Under the pieces are notes generated by a model. It saw nothing but the letters and a program-made list of their open reading frames with translations. It was not told where the DNA came from and searched no databases. The position numbers and the translations under genes are program-made. From an uncultured bacterium (lineage in GTDB: Bacteria; Krumholzibacteriota; Krumholzibacteriia; Krumholzibacteriales; Krumholzibacteriaceae): a stretch of DNA of 64,000 nt. Positions 35,379 to 45,278 of the stretch are shown here, piece by piece. Where the stretch lies: NCBI GenBank assembly GCA_963813815.1, contig CAWFAD010000016.1:160001-224000 (forward strand), written 5' to 3'. The number at the start of each line of letters is the position of its first letter. Position 1 is the stretch's first letter.

Positions 35379-36070
35379 GCTCGAGCTACTACGCGAAACG
35401 GCTCGCCGGAGAGCGGCTGCGGGCGGTATACGAAATCGCCCCGCCGCGTGTGCGGCGCTATCTCGAGGCCGAAATCGATTTCGTCGTCGCGAGCATGAGC
35501 GCGGGGGAGAAGGCCCTCGAGCTCGGGTGTGGATACGGCCGCGTGCTCGCGCGGCTCGCCGGCAAGGCGCGGCTCGCCGTCGGCATCGATACGGCTGTCG
35601 AGAGCCTCGCTCTCGGACGGAGGCTCGCGCCGCCGGAGCTCGCGTGCGAATTTGTCGCGATGGACGCCCTCGAGACGGGATTTCGCGACGGGGAGTTCGA
35701 TCTCGTGGCGTGCGTGCAGAACGGAATCGCCGCGTTCGGCGTCGATCAGGAGCGTCTCGTGCGCGAGGCGCTCCGCGTGACGAAGCCCGGAGGGCTGGCC
35801 CTCTTCTCCACCTATAACGCGCATTTCTGGCCCGAGCGGCTCGCATGGTTCGAGGCGCAGGCGCGCGCGGGGCTCATCGGCCCGATCGATTACGGGCGCA
35901 CCGGCGGAGGAGTCGTCGTCTGCGAGGACGGGTTTCGCGCGGGAATGCTCGGCCCCGGCGAGCTTCGGGCGCTGTGCGCACGCGCGGGGGGCAGGCCGCG
36001 GATCGTCGAAGTGGACGATTCGAGCGTGTTCTGCTCGGTCGGGCGCGAGGCCCGGGAGAGGACGGCATGA
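35375..36070 (+). CDS. Class I SAM-dependent methyltransferase
   Basis: LELGCGYGR, EALRVTKPGG. Confidence 0.85.
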   Translation: MSSSYYAKRLAGERLRAVYEIAPPRVRRYLEAEIDFVVASMSAGEKALELGCGYGRVLARLAGKARLAVGIDTAVESLALGRRLAPPELACEFVAMDALETGFRDGEFDLVACVQNGIAAFGVDQERLVREALRVTKPGGLALFSTYNAHFWPERLAWFEAQARAGLIGPIDYGRTGGGVVVCEDGFRAGMLGPGELRALCARAGGRPRIVEVDDSSVFCSVGREARERTA

Positions 36071-37446
36071 GCGCAAAGGGCCGCGCGAAGATCTCGTACG
36101 CCTCGACGGTGGGGTATCCGGCGGCGTATCCCGGCCGCTGCGGCGAGACGCTCGACGCCGCGCTCCGCTCGGCGAGCGCCTACGAGGCGTGGCGCGCGCT
36201 CGATCCGGGGCCGCGGGCGGACGTCTTCGCGCGCTACGCGGCGATGCCCGCCCTCACGAAGAGCGATCTCCGCGAGCGCTCGGCGCGCGCCTTCGTGCCC
36301 GGTGCCCGGAACGTCGACGCCGCGCTCGCCGCGGGAGAGATCGAGCTCGTCGCGACGAGCGGATCGACGGGGGACCGGGTCACGAACATCTGGCACCAGC
36401 AATGGTGGGACGCCTCGGAGTCCGCGTCCTGGGAGCTCAACGCGCACGCGCGCTCGGCCGCGGCCGGCGATCATCGCGAAGCGATTCTCACGAGCCCCTG
36501 GTGCGCGGGGGTGCCGTGCGAGAACGGCTACCTCCTGCGCGAGCACCGCACCCTCGGACGATTTCTCTATCTCACCGAGCGGAGCGACCCGAGCACCTGG
36601 AGCGCGGCGCTCATGGACCGCATGATCGAGGAGCTGAACGCGTTCGCCCCCGTCATCCTCGAGGCCAATCCGTCGTTTCTCGCGCGCCTGTCCCGCCACA
36701 TCGTCGCGAGCGGACGCGCCGTTCGCTCGCCTTCGTTCATCGTTCTCACGTACGAGTATCCCTCGAAGGTCCACTACCGGTCGATCGCGCGCGCGTTCGA
36801 CGCTCCGATCGCGAGCTCGTACGGCTCGACGGAGACGGGGTACGTGTTCATGGAATGCGAGGCGGGGAGCCTGCATCAGGTGACGGATTCGTGCCACGTC
36901 GATTACCTCCCGTTCGCGGCGGGGCACGGTGGGCCCGAGACGGGACTCATCCTCGTCACGACCTTCGGAAATCCGTGGCGCTCGCTCATCCGCTTCGACG
37001 TCGGCGACGTCGCGCTGCTGGGGAGCGGGGAAAGGTGCCCCTGCGGGCGCGCCGCGGGGCTCACGCTGCGCTCGATCGAGGGCCGGACCGTGAATCTCAC
37101 GCTCGCGGAGGACGGACGGGCGGTGACGCAGGGAGCGGTGGACCGCGCTCTCGCGGACATTCCGGGGCTCGCCGAGTATCAGGTGGCGCAGCGGGGGCCG
37201 GCGGAGTATCTCGCCCGTTTCGTCGCCGAGGAGGCGCGGCCGCGCGCCGTCGGAGCCGCCGTGCGCGAGGCTCTCCGTTCGCTCTACGGCGCGTCCGCCG
37301 AAATCCATACGGAGAGCGTCGAGGCGATCGCCCCCGATCCGCCCGGAAAATACCGGCTGGCGAGGGCGCACGAACCGATCGAGGTCGATTCCCTGCTCGA
37401 CGCCCGCTATGCGCCGAGCAGGCCCGGGGAGGCTCTCGATGAGTGA
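36067..37446 (+). CDS. Phenylacetate-CoA ligase-like (ANL superfamily) protein
   Basis: ATSGSTG, SYGSTE, IRFDVGD, CPCGR...IEGR, GKYR. Confidence 0.8.
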   Translation: MSAKGRAKISYASTVGYPAAYPGRCGETLDAALRSASAYEAWRALDPGPRADVFARYAAMPALTKSDLRERSARAFVPGARNVDAALAAGEIELVATSGSTGDRVTNIWHQQWWDASESASWELNAHARSAAAGDHREAILTSPWCAGVPCENGYLLREHRTLGRFLYLTERSDPSTWSAALMDRMIEELNAFAPVILEANPSFLARLSRHIVASGRAVRSPSFIVLTYEYPSKVHYRSIARAFDAPIASSYGSTETGYVFMECEAGSLHQVTDSCHVDYLPFAAGHGGPETGLILVTTFGNPWRSLIRFDVGDVALLGSGERCPCGRAAGLTLRSIEGRTVNLTLAEDGRAVTQGAVDRALADIPGLAEYQVAQRGPAEYLARFVAEEARPRAVGAAVREALRSLYGASAEIHTESVEAIAPDPPGKYRLARAHEPIEVDSLLDARYAPSRPGEALDE

Positions 37447-38152
37447 TCTCTCGCGTCCGGCCCCCGTGTATCTTCTCGCCGGCGGGCCCGGCAGGCGCCT
37501 CGGGCGAGATCCCGTTCTCTCGCGCGCGATCGAGAGCTCCCGCGTCGAGCGGCCGTCGATAGCCTATATCGGCGCGGCGAGCGGGGACAGCAAACCATTT
37601 TTCGAGATGCTCGCCGCGTATCTCGTCCGCTGCGGAGCGGGACGGGTCGAGCTCGCCGCGACGGCCTCGGGCCGCGCGAAGATCGAGAGGACGAGGGCGC
37701 TTCTCGAGGCCTCGGACATGATCCTCATGAGCGGCGGCGACGTCGAAGAGGGAATGGCCGTTCTCGAGGAGAGGGGCCTGACGGAGTATCTCCGCGGGCT
37801 CCACGCACGCGGCAAACCCTTCTTCGGCATATCGGCGGGGAGCATCATGCTCGCGCGGCAATGGATCCGCTGGGCGGACGAAGACGACGACTCGACGGCG
37901 AGCCTTTTCCCGTGCCTCGGGATCGCGCCGGTCAACTGCGACACGCACGGCGAGGAGGAGGGATGGGAGGAGCTTCGGGTGCTGCTCCGCCTCTGCCCCG
38001 AGGGCGCCCTCGGATACGGCATCCCCTCGGGGGCCGCGCTCGGCGTGTATCCGGACGGCGCCGTCGAGGCCGTCGGGGCGCCCGTCGGCCGCTTCGCGGC
38101 GCGGGATGGCGAGGCGCGCGACGACGGCGAGGTCCGTCCCGCGTCGCGATAG
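37439..38152 (+). CDS. Peptidase S51 / class I glutamine amidotransferase-like protein
   Basis: IAYIGAASGD, MSGGD, GISAGSI. Confidence 0.8.
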   Translation: MSDLSRPAPVYLLAGGPGRRLGRDPVLSRAIESSRVERPSIAYIGAASGDSKPFFEMLAAYLVRCGAGRVELAATASGRAKIERTRALLEASDMILMSGGDVEEGMAVLEERGLTEYLRGLHARGKPFFGISAGSIMLARQWIRWADEDDDSTASLFPCLGIAPVNCDTHGEEEGWEELRVLLRLCPEGALGYGIPSGAALGVYPDGAVEAVGAPVGRFAARDGEARDDGEVRPASR

Positions 38153-38259
38153 AAGCCCTCGTCGCGCCTCGAATGCCCTTGCGGGCATCCCCTGCCGCTG
38201 TGGTACGATGCGGCCTGCTGCATGGCCGATCCGGCCGTCGAACCGAGAGGAGATTGTCG

Positions 38260-38583
38260 ATGCAATACACCTTCCACGATCTCAAGGCGAAGTCGCTCGC
38301 CGAGCTGAGGGAAATCGCGAAGGGGATCGAGAGCGAAGCGGTCAAGGGATTCACGCAGATGAACAAGGAACATGTCATCCGGGCCGTCTGCGCCGCGCTC
38401 AAGATCGACACGCACGAGCATCACCACGTCGTCGGGATCGACAAGCGGAGCATCAAGACGAGCATTCAGGCCCTGAAAAAGGAGCGGGACGAGCTCATGG
38501 GCACCGGCGACGCGAAACGCATAAAGGCGATTCGGGCCAAGATAACGAAGCTCAAGCACCGTCTCCGGAAGGCGACGGTCTGA
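38260..38583 (+). CDS. Small basic protein with Rho-N-like N-terminus
   Basis: GAGGAG RBS; DLKAKSLAELREIAK...QMNKEHVI. Confidence 0.7.
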   Translation: MQYTFHDLKAKSLAELREIAKGIESEAVKGFTQMNKEHVIRAVCAALKIDTHEHHHVVGIDKRSIKTSIQALKKERDELMGTGDAKRIKAIRAKITKLKHRLRKATV

Positions 38584-38684
38584 GAACGAACGCGGCGCGT
38601 CCGCGAGCCGAAAACGGCGATTGCGGGGGAACGGAGTGCCCCCGGACGCTCCCGCGGCGTCATCACACCGAAGGAGGATCTGTC

Positions 38685-39185
38685 ATGCGCAAACGCATCC
38701 TGACCGCGTTGACGCTCGTCGCCGTATGCGCGACGATGTTTCTCGCGCCGTCGCGCGTGCTCTCCCAGGAGCTCGTGCGCGAGCGGCTGCGGAGCGACAT
38801 CGGCATCGAGCTTCTCGGCAAGGGGATCTTCTACAGCTTCTACTATCAGTACATGGCGAACAAAGCGCTCGGCCTCGAGGCGGGGCTCGGCGTCCTCGGC
38901 GGCGGAACGGCCGAAGACAACGTCACGGTCGCGGTCTTCCCGCTCGGCGCGAAGCTCTACCTCATTCCGAAAGACGGCTCGCTCTTCCTCGCCGGAGGCG
39001 TGACGATTGTGACCGCGGGAGTCGACTCGGGACCGTTCGACGAGAGCGACAGCTTCGGCTACGCGGGGCTCGGGTTCGAGTTTCGCGCCGACAACGGTTT
39101 CCTCTTCCGCGGCACCGCGTACGGGCTCCTGAGCAGCGGCGGATTCTTCATCTGGCCGGGGCTCACGGTCGGATACGCCTTCTGA
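38685..39185 (+). CDS. Putative outer-membrane beta-barrel protein
   Basis: AAGGAGG RBS; signal peptide; C-terminal GLTVGYAF. Confidence 0.75.
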   Translation: MRKRILTALTLVAVCATMFLAPSRVLSQELVRERLRSDIGIELLGKGIFYSFYYQYMANKALGLEAGLGVLGGGTAEDNVTVAVFPLGAKLYLIPKDGSLFLAGGVTIVTAGVDSGPFDESDSFGYAGLGFEFRADNGFLFRGTAYGLLSSGGFFIWPGLTVGYAF

Positions 39186-39193
39186 CGACGGCG

Positions 39194-39679
39194 ATGAAAG
39201 CGACATTCGCGATCATGCTGGCGGCCGCATCCATTCTCGGATGCGCGCCGGAACGCCCGGCGGTCGACCCGGCCGCGGAAACGGCGCGGATCGAGCGGGT
39301 CATCCGCGCGTCGATCGAATGGGCGCTCGACAAGGACAAGGCCCTTCTCTACGAATCGCTCGCGCAGGATTCCTCGCTCTTCATCTTTCATCCCGATTCG
39401 GCGTCGACGATCGTCGGATTCGAGTCGTTCGCCGCGCTCGTCGACCGCGTCTTCATGAGCGAGGATTTCAAGGCGACGCGCAGCGAGATCAAGAATCTCC
39501 GCGTCGACCTCTCGCGCTCGGGGGACGTCGCGTGGTATTCGTGCCTGCTCGACGATTTCGGCGAATGGCGCGGCGAGCCGACCGGCTGGGCCAACGCCCG
39601 GTGGACGGGCGTGCTCGAGAAGCGCGGCGGCCGTTGGGTCATCGTCCAGATGCACTTTTCGCTGGCGAGCGACGACTGA
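39194..39679 (+). CDS. SnoaL/NTF2-like lipoprotein
   Basis: Lipobox LGC; RWTGVLEKRGGRWVIVQMHFS. Confidence 0.85.
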   Translation: MKATFAIMLAAASILGCAPERPAVDPAAETARIERVIRASIEWALDKDKALLYESLAQDSSLFIFHPDSASTIVGFESFAALVDRVFMSEDFKATRSEIKNLRVDLSRSGDVAWYSCLLDDFGEWRGEPTGWANARWTGVLEKRGGRWVIVQMHFSLASDD

Positions 39680-39680
39680 T

Positions 39681-40859
39681 ATGGACGACGCGCGGCCCAA
39701 TCCATGGCTCTCGATCCCCGCGGGGGACTACGAGGGCCATATGGCGAGCCCGAACGTGCGGCAGCTCCAGCACCTGAGCCGCGTGTTCGGCGAGCTCCTG
39801 CGCGAATTCGATCCCCAGTCCGTCGCCGTCATCGGCGCGGGGGCGGGGAACGGGCTCGAGCACGTCGATCCGCGCCGCGTCAAGCGGGTCGTCGGCGTCG
39901 ACATCAATCCGAGCTATCTCGATCTCGCGCGCTCGCGGCACGGCGCGCGCCTCCCGGGGCTCGAGCTCGTATGCGCCGACGCCGCCTCGTGCGAGCTTCC
40001 GGAGGCGTCGTTCGACCTCGTGTACGCCGCGCTCATTTTCGAGTACGTCGATCCGGCCGTTCTCGCCGGAAAGATCGCCGGCTGGCTCGGGCCGCGCGGC
40101 GCGGCCGCGGCGCTGCTGCAGCTTCCGTCGCCGTGCGGCAGGGTATCGGAGACGCCCTACCTGAGCGTGAGATTGCTCGAACCTTTCATTCATCTCGTGG
40201 AGCCTTCGACGCTCCGGGCGCTCTTCGCCGCGCGCGGGCTCCGGGAAATCCGCTCCGGCACGGAGACGCTCGAGGGGGGCAAGGGTTTTTACCTCGGCGT
40301 GTTCCGCCGCGCGGACGCCGGCGGCCGAGCGACCCGCGATACCGTCGAGCGGATCCATGATGACGTGGACGGGGAGGTCCGCCGCCTCGCCGGCGCGCAC
40401 GGCGGGCGCATCCGGTGCGGCCCGGGATGCAGCTCGTGCTGCGTCGACGGCATCACGGTGTTCCCGATCGAGGCCGAGCGCATCCGGCTGCGACACGGGG
40501 CGCTGCTCGCCGGGGGCGAGCCTCATCCTCCCGGCGCGTGCGCGTTTCTCGACGGCGAGGGCCGCTGCCGCGTCTACGAGGATCGTCCCTACGTGTGCCG
40601 CACGCAGGGATTGCCCCTGCGGTGGACCGAGGATGGCGGCGTCGGCGAGATCGAGCTGCGCGACATCTGTCCGCTCAACGACGAAGGGACTCCCGTGGAG
40701 GATCTGGCGAGCGGAGACTGCTGGACGATCGGTCCGTTCGAGGAACGCCTCGCGCTCGCCGAAATCGCCCGGGGAGGCGGGCGCGATCGCGTTCCGCTCC
40801 GGGCGCTGTTCGAGAACCCGGCCCGCCGGGCAGGGGGGGATGATGAGACGAACCGATAA
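39681..40859 (+). CDS. Fused class I SAM methyltransferase + YkgJ-type CxxCxxCC cluster domain
   Basis: N-half VIGAGAGNGL...ALIFEYV; C-half CGPGCSSCC...CAFL...CRVYEDRPYVCR. Confidence 0.75.
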   Translation: MDDARPNPWLSIPAGDYEGHMASPNVRQLQHLSRVFGELLREFDPQSVAVIGAGAGNGLEHVDPRRVKRVVGVDINPSYLDLARSRHGARLPGLELVCADAASCELPEASFDLVYAALIFEYVDPAVLAGKIAGWLGPRGAAAALLQLPSPCGRVSETPYLSVRLLEPFIHLVEPSTLRALFAARGLREIRSGTETLEGGKGFYLGVFRRADAGGRATRDTVERIHDDVDGEVRRLAGAHGGRIRCGPGCSSCCVDGITVFPIEAERIRLRHGALLAGGEPHPPGACAFLDGEGRCRVYEDRPYVCRTQGLPLRWTEDGGVGEIELRDICPLNDEGTPVEDLASGDCWTIGPFEERLALAEIARGGGRDRVPLRALFENPARRAGGDDETNR

Positions 40860-41325
40860 GGAAATCCGCGACCGGTCCGGCATCGACGCCGTGATCGCGG
40901 AGTCGCGCGTGTGCCGTCTCGGCCTCTCGGACGGCGGCGAGCCGTACGTCGTGCCGCTCTGCTTCGGACGGGACGGCGATACGATCTACTTCCATGGAGA
41001 CGCGGAGGGCCGCAAGCTCGACATCCTCCGCCGCAACGACCGCGTGTGCGTCGAGTTCGACGTCGTGGACGGCATGCGGGAGTCGCCGAGCGCCTGCGCG
41101 TGGAGCATCATTTACCGCAGCGTGATCGCGTTCGGCCGGGCGCGGATCGTCGAGGATCCGGCGGAAAAGCGCCGTGCCCTCGGCGCGCTCATGGCCCAGT
41201 ATTCGGGGGCCGCGCACGACTTTCCCGACGAGGCGGTGCTGCGGACGACGATCGTCGCCGTGACGATCGAGCGCGTGAGCGGCAAGCGGTCCGGCGGGGA
41301 CGCGGCGAAAGGATCCGGGGAATGA
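40843..41325 (+). CDS. Pyridoxamine 5'-phosphate oxidase / NimA-like flavin-binding protein
   Basis: MRRTDKEI, PYVVPL.F, YFH...GRK, YRSVIAFG. Confidence 0.88.
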   Translation: MRRTDKEIRDRSGIDAVIAESRVCRLGLSDGGEPYVVPLCFGRDGDTIYFHGDAEGRKLDILRRNDRVCVEFDVVDGMRESPSACAWSIIYRSVIAFGRARIVEDPAEKRRALGALMAQYSGAAHDFPDEAVLRTTIVAVTIERVSGKRSGGDAAKGSGE

Positions 41326-42350
41326 AGGCTCTCGTTCTGGAGACGATCGCCGACATCAAACGGGGCGGCGCTCCGCTCGTCGCCGTCGATCTTCCCGTCC
41401 CCGAGCCGAAGCGGGGGGAGATACTCGTCGAGGTGGCCGCCTGCGGAGTTTGCCACACGGAGCTCGACGAGATCGAGGGGCGCACGCCGCCGCCGCGCCT
41501 GCCCGTCGTTCCCGGCCATCAGGTCGTCGGACGCGTGGCGAAGCTCGGACCCGGCGCGGGCGCGTGGCGCGAGGGGGATAGAGTCGGCGTGGCGTGGATA
41601 TATTCGGCGTGCGGGACCTGCCGCCATTGCCTCGCGGGCGAAGAGAATCTCTGCGCCGAGTTCAGGGCGACCGGACGCGACGCCGACGGCGGTTACGCCG
41701 AGTATATGGTCGTGGGCGGGGATTTCGCGCACGCGATACCGGAAACCTTCTCCGACGCGGAAGCGGCTCCGCTCCTCTGCGCGGGGGCGATCGGCTACCG
41801 GTCGCTTCGGCTCGCGGAGCTCAGCGACGGGGAGGTTCTCGGCCTCACGGGCTTCGGCGCTTCGGCGCACCTCGTCCTCATGATGGCGCGGCGCCGCTAT
41901 CCCGCCTCGCCGGTGTTCGTCTTCGCGCGGAGCGAGCGGGAGCGGGAGTTCGCCCGCGAGCTGGGCGCGGCATGGGCCGGCGGTCCCGGCGACGCTCCGC
42001 CCTCCCGGTGCGCGAGCATCATCGATACGACGCCGGCGTGGAAGCCCGTGGTCGAGGCCCTCGGCAACCTCGAGCCGGGCGGGAGGCTCGTCGTGAACGC
42101 GATCCGCAAGGAGGACGCGGACGCCGAAGAGCTTCTCGCGCTCGATTACGCCGCTCACCTCTGGATGGAGAAAGAGATCAAGAGCGTCGCGAACGTCTCC
42201 CGGTGGGACGTGCGGGAATTTCTCGTGCTGGCGGCGGCGATTCCCATCCGGCCCGAGATCGAGGAATATCCGCTCGCCGACGCCAATCGGGCGCTCGTCG
42301 AGCTCAAGACGAAGAGCGTCCGCGGGGCAAAGGTGCTTCGGATCACCTGA
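41322..42350 (+). CDS. Zinc-dependent alcohol dehydrogenase family protein
   Basis: CGVCHTE, GHQVVG, C..C..C...ENLC, PLLCAG, GFGASA. Confidence 0.92.
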   Translation: MKALVLETIADIKRGGAPLVAVDLPVPEPKRGEILVEVAACGVCHTELDEIEGRTPPPRLPVVPGHQVVGRVAKLGPGAGAWREGDRVGVAWIYSACGTCRHCLAGEENLCAEFRATGRDADGGYAEYMVVGGDFAHAIPETFSDAEAAPLLCAGAIGYRSLRLAELSDGEVLGLTGFGASAHLVLMMARRRYPASPVFVFARSEREREFARELGAAWAGGPGDAPPSRCASIIDTTPAWKPVVEALGNLEPGGRLVVNAIRKEDADAEELLALDYAAHLWMEKEIKSVANVSRWDVREFLVLAAAIPIRPEIEEYPLADANRALVELKTKSVRGAKVLRIT

Positions 42351-42405
42351 CGCCGGCCCGCCGCGGGAGCCGCGCCGGCCGCGATCGTGGAACGGGAGCC
42401 CGTCG

Positions 42406-42990
42406 ATGAGCGCATCGCGCCCGCACAGGATCATTCTCTTCAACAAGCCGTTCCGCGTTCTGTGCCAGTTCAGTCCGAGCGGCGGCAAGGCTACGCTCGC
42501 CGATTACATCGACGTTCCGGAGGTGTATCCCGCCGGCCGGCTCGACTACGACAGCGAAGGGCTCGTGGTCCTCACCGACTGGGGCCGGGCGCAGCATCTC
42601 ATCACCGATCCGCGTCGCAAGCTCGAAAAGCGCTATCTCGCGCAGGTGGAGGGCGAGCCGGGAGACGCCGCGCTCGAGATGCTGCGCCGCGGGGTGAAGC
42701 TCGCCGACGGCTGGACGCTTCCGGCGGCCGCGGATTTGATCGCTCCGCCCGCCGTGTGGGAACGCACGCCGCCGATCCGACTCCGGAAAAGCATACCGAC
42801 GACGTGGATCCGCCTCGCCATCGTCGAGGGAAGAAACCGGCAGGTGCGCCGCATGACCGCGGCCGCCGGCCACCCGACCCTCCGGCTCATCCGGGTCGCC
42901 GTGGGGCCGTGGGAGCTCGACGATCTTCTCCCGGGCGCCTTCCGCGAGACCGGCCCGGCCGATCTTCTCGACCGTTTTCCGCCCTATTAG
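42406..42990 (+). CDS. rRNA pseudouridine synthase (RluE/RsuA family)
   Basis: FNKPF.VLCQF, GRLDYDSEGL, EGRNRQVRRM. Confidence 0.9.
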   Translation: MSASRPHRIILFNKPFRVLCQFSPSGGKATLADYIDVPEVYPAGRLDYDSEGLVVLTDWGRAQHLITDPRRKLEKRYLAQVEGEPGDAALEMLRRGVKLADGWTLPAAADLIAPPAVWERTPPIRLRKSIPTTWIRLAIVEGRNRQVRRMTAAAGHPTLRLIRVAVGPWELDDLLPGAFRETGPADLLDRFPPY

Positions 42991-43076
42991 ATGTTGTCAT
43001 CCCGCCGCCGGAATGGTGTACAATGCCCGCCAAGCGGTTCGATCGTCCACGCGGACCATCGGGGAAAGGATTGTCG

Positions 43077-43901
43077 ATGAGTAGGCACGTTCTCGGACGG
43101 GCGGTTGCGGCGGTGAACGGCATTCGCCTCTTCTGCCGCGATACGCTGTCGCAGTCTCCGTGCATCCTCTGCCTCCACGGACGCTGGGGAAGGGGAGAGA
43201 CCTGGAGCGATTTCATCGCGCGGTACCGGGACCGGTACCGGATCATCGCGCCGGACCAGAGGGGGCACGGGCTGAGCGACAAGCCGGGCTCGGGCTACAG
43301 CGCCGAGGACATGGCGCGCGACGCATACGAGCTCGTCACGCAGCTGCGGTGCGTGCCGGCGATCGTCGTCGGGCATTCGATGGGAGGGAGAGTCGCCGCG
43401 TATCTCGCGGCGCTCTACCCCGAGGCGGTGAAAGGCGTGGTGATCATCGACGAGCAGCTCGGATGCACCGCCTTCGCCCCCGCCACCGACGATCCGACGG
43501 ACGACGGGCTCACGCGCTCATGGCCCACGCCGTACTCGACGATGGACGAAGCGCTGAAGGATCTCGGCGGCCGCTTCAAGCGCCCGTCGAACGTCCGATA
43601 CTTCAGCGACAGCCTGACCGAGACGCTCGACGGATACGATTTTCTCTTCTCGCGCCGCGCGATGGCGGCGATCGCCCGCGCGAGGCGCGATTGGCGGGAT
43701 ATCCTCGAGCGAATCGCCTGCCCCGTCTTCATCGTGAGGGCCGCCGAGAGCCGGTGCCTTTCGCGGGAGGAAGCCCGCGAGATGGCCTCGATCGCGAAGG
43801 ACGGCAGCTACTACGAAGTGTCCGACTCCGATCACCTGGTCTACGCGGACAATCCGGACGACTTCTACCGGGGCTTCGACGGATTCATCGGGCGGCTCTG
43901 A
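43077..43901 (+). CDS. Alpha/beta-fold hydrolase
   Basis: LHG, DQRGHGLS, GHSMGG, H near C-terminus. Confidence 0.88.
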   Translation: MSRHVLGRAVAAVNGIRLFCRDTLSQSPCILCLHGRWGRGETWSDFIARYRDRYRIIAPDQRGHGLSDKPGSGYSAEDMARDAYELVTQLRCVPAIVVGHSMGGRVAAYLAALYPEAVKGVVIIDEQLGCTAFAPATDDPTDDGLTRSWPTPYSTMDEALKDLGGRFKRPSNVRYFSDSLTETLDGYDFLFSRRAMAAIARARRDWRDILERIACPVFIVRAAESRCLSREEAREMASIAKDGSYYEVSDSDHLVYADNPDDFYRGFDGFIGRL

Positions 43902-43951
43902 CGGCGGTCGGACGCCGGTCCCCGCTCATCGAGAGAGGGAGGGCATCGCGA

Positions 43952-44509
43952 ATGGAAATCAAGGGACTCATCCTGCAGGCCCGCAAGGAGTTCGTCGTCG
44001 ACAACTTCGGGGAGAAGGCGTGGGATCGCGTGCTCGCGGCGCTGTTGCCCGAGGACCGGGAGAGGATCGAGGACATGATTCTCACCGCGAAATGGTATCC
44101 CTTCGAGCTCGGGGAGCGCCTCGACAAGGCGATCGTCGACCTTTTCGGCGGCGGGGATCCGAAGGTGTTCGAGGAGATCGGCGCGAAATCGGCGAAGCGG
44201 AGCCTCGTCAAGGTGCACAAATCGTTTCTGACCCCCGGGGATCCTCAGGCCTTCCTCGATAAAACGGATGTGATCTACAGGTTCTACTACGATACCGGTC
44301 GCCGGGAGTACGAGCGCACGGGTCCCGACTCGGGCGTGATGACGACCTACGACGCCAAGACCTTCTCCGTGCCGGATTGTCTCACCGTGGTGGGCTGGTA
44401 CCGGGAAGCCTTGAAAATGTGCGGCGCCCGCTCCGTCGAGGTCGTCGAGGAGGAGTGCCGCGCGCGGGGCGGCTCGCACTGCCGGTATCGCCTCAAGTGG
44501 CGTATGTGA
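43952..44509 (+). CDS. TIGR02265/DUF2378-like protein (V4R-like C-terminus)
   Basis: WYP, FYYDTG, CRARGGSHCRY. Confidence 0.7.
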   Translation: MEIKGLILQARKEFVVDNFGEKAWDRVLAALLPEDRERIEDMILTAKWYPFELGERLDKAIVDLFGGGDPKVFEEIGAKSAKRSLVKVHKSFLTPGDPQAFLDKTDVIYRFYYDTGRREYERTGPDSGVMTTYDAKTFSVPDCLTVVGWYREALKMCGARSVEVVEEECRARGGSHCRYRLKWRM

Positions 44510-44590
44510 CGCCGAATTCGGCGGCGCGCCCGTTTCCTTGAAACAATACTACGTTTCGCGCGTCCGTATAGGTGAAAGGAAGGTGTGCCC

Positions 44591-44959
44591 ATGCAGAAAC
44601 ATATCACGGCGGTCGGCGTGCTGCGCATCGGCTACGGGATATTCGGTTTTCTCGCCGCGGCGTTCGTGCTCTTCTTCACGGTCGGCGTCGGGCTGCTCGC
44701 TTTCGAGCTCGAGGGCGAGGAGGAGGCGCTCCCCGTTCTCGCCGCCATCGGCGTGCCGGTCGCGGTCGCCATTTTCGTGTTCGCCGCGCTCAGCATCGCC
44801 GGGGGCGTCGGTGTCCTGAAGCACAAGAATTGGGCGCGGTATTTGACGATGGTGCTCTCGGTGCTCGATCTCTTCCACGTTCCGATCGGCACGGCGCTCG
44901 GCATTTACTGCATCTGGGCGCTCGCCCAAGACGACACCGGACGCCTTTTTGCCTCTTGA
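44591..44959 (+). CDS. Membrane protein of unknown function
   Basis: WAR...VLSVL.L..VPIGTALGIY.IW. Confidence 0.8.
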   Translation: MQKHITAVGVLRIGYGIFGFLAAAFVLFFTVGVGLLAFELEGEEEALPVLAAIGVPVAVAIFVFAALSIAGGVGVLKHKNWARYLTMVLSVLDLFHVPIGTALGIYCIWALAQDDTGRLFAS

Positions 44960-45040
44960 ACGCGCGCGGCATCTGCCGCACAATGAGCCGGGCTCTTCGT
45001 TCGATGGGGGTCATCGAGCCGCGCAAGGAGGTAGGAGGCC

Positions 45041-45250
45041 GTGGTAAAGAACATGGGGTCGGCCGATCGTATCGTTCGCCTCGTCGTCGTGGCCGTCATC
45101 GCGATTCTGATCGCCGCGAAGACGCTCACGGGCGGCGCCGCCGTCGTGCTCGGCATCATCGCGCTCGTCATGCTTCTGACGGCTCTCATGGGCTTCTGCC
45201 CGCTGTACGTGCCCTTCAAGATATCGACGGCGAAAAAGAAAGAGCAATAG
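45041..45250 (+). CDS. DUF2892 (YgaP-like) small membrane protein
   Basis: KNMGSADRIVR...GFCPLY. Confidence 0.9.
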   Translation: MVKNMGSADRIVRLVVVAVIAILIAAKTLTGGAAVVLGIIALVMLLTALMGFCPLYVPFKISTAKKKEQ

Positions 45251-45278
45251 CCGCCGCATCGTTGGAAAGGATCCGCCC

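Noticed and set aside
42348..42390. attC remnant after the alcohol dehydrogenase (CGCCGGCCCGCCG)
   Set aside because: Short, GC-only match that is expected by chance in this genome
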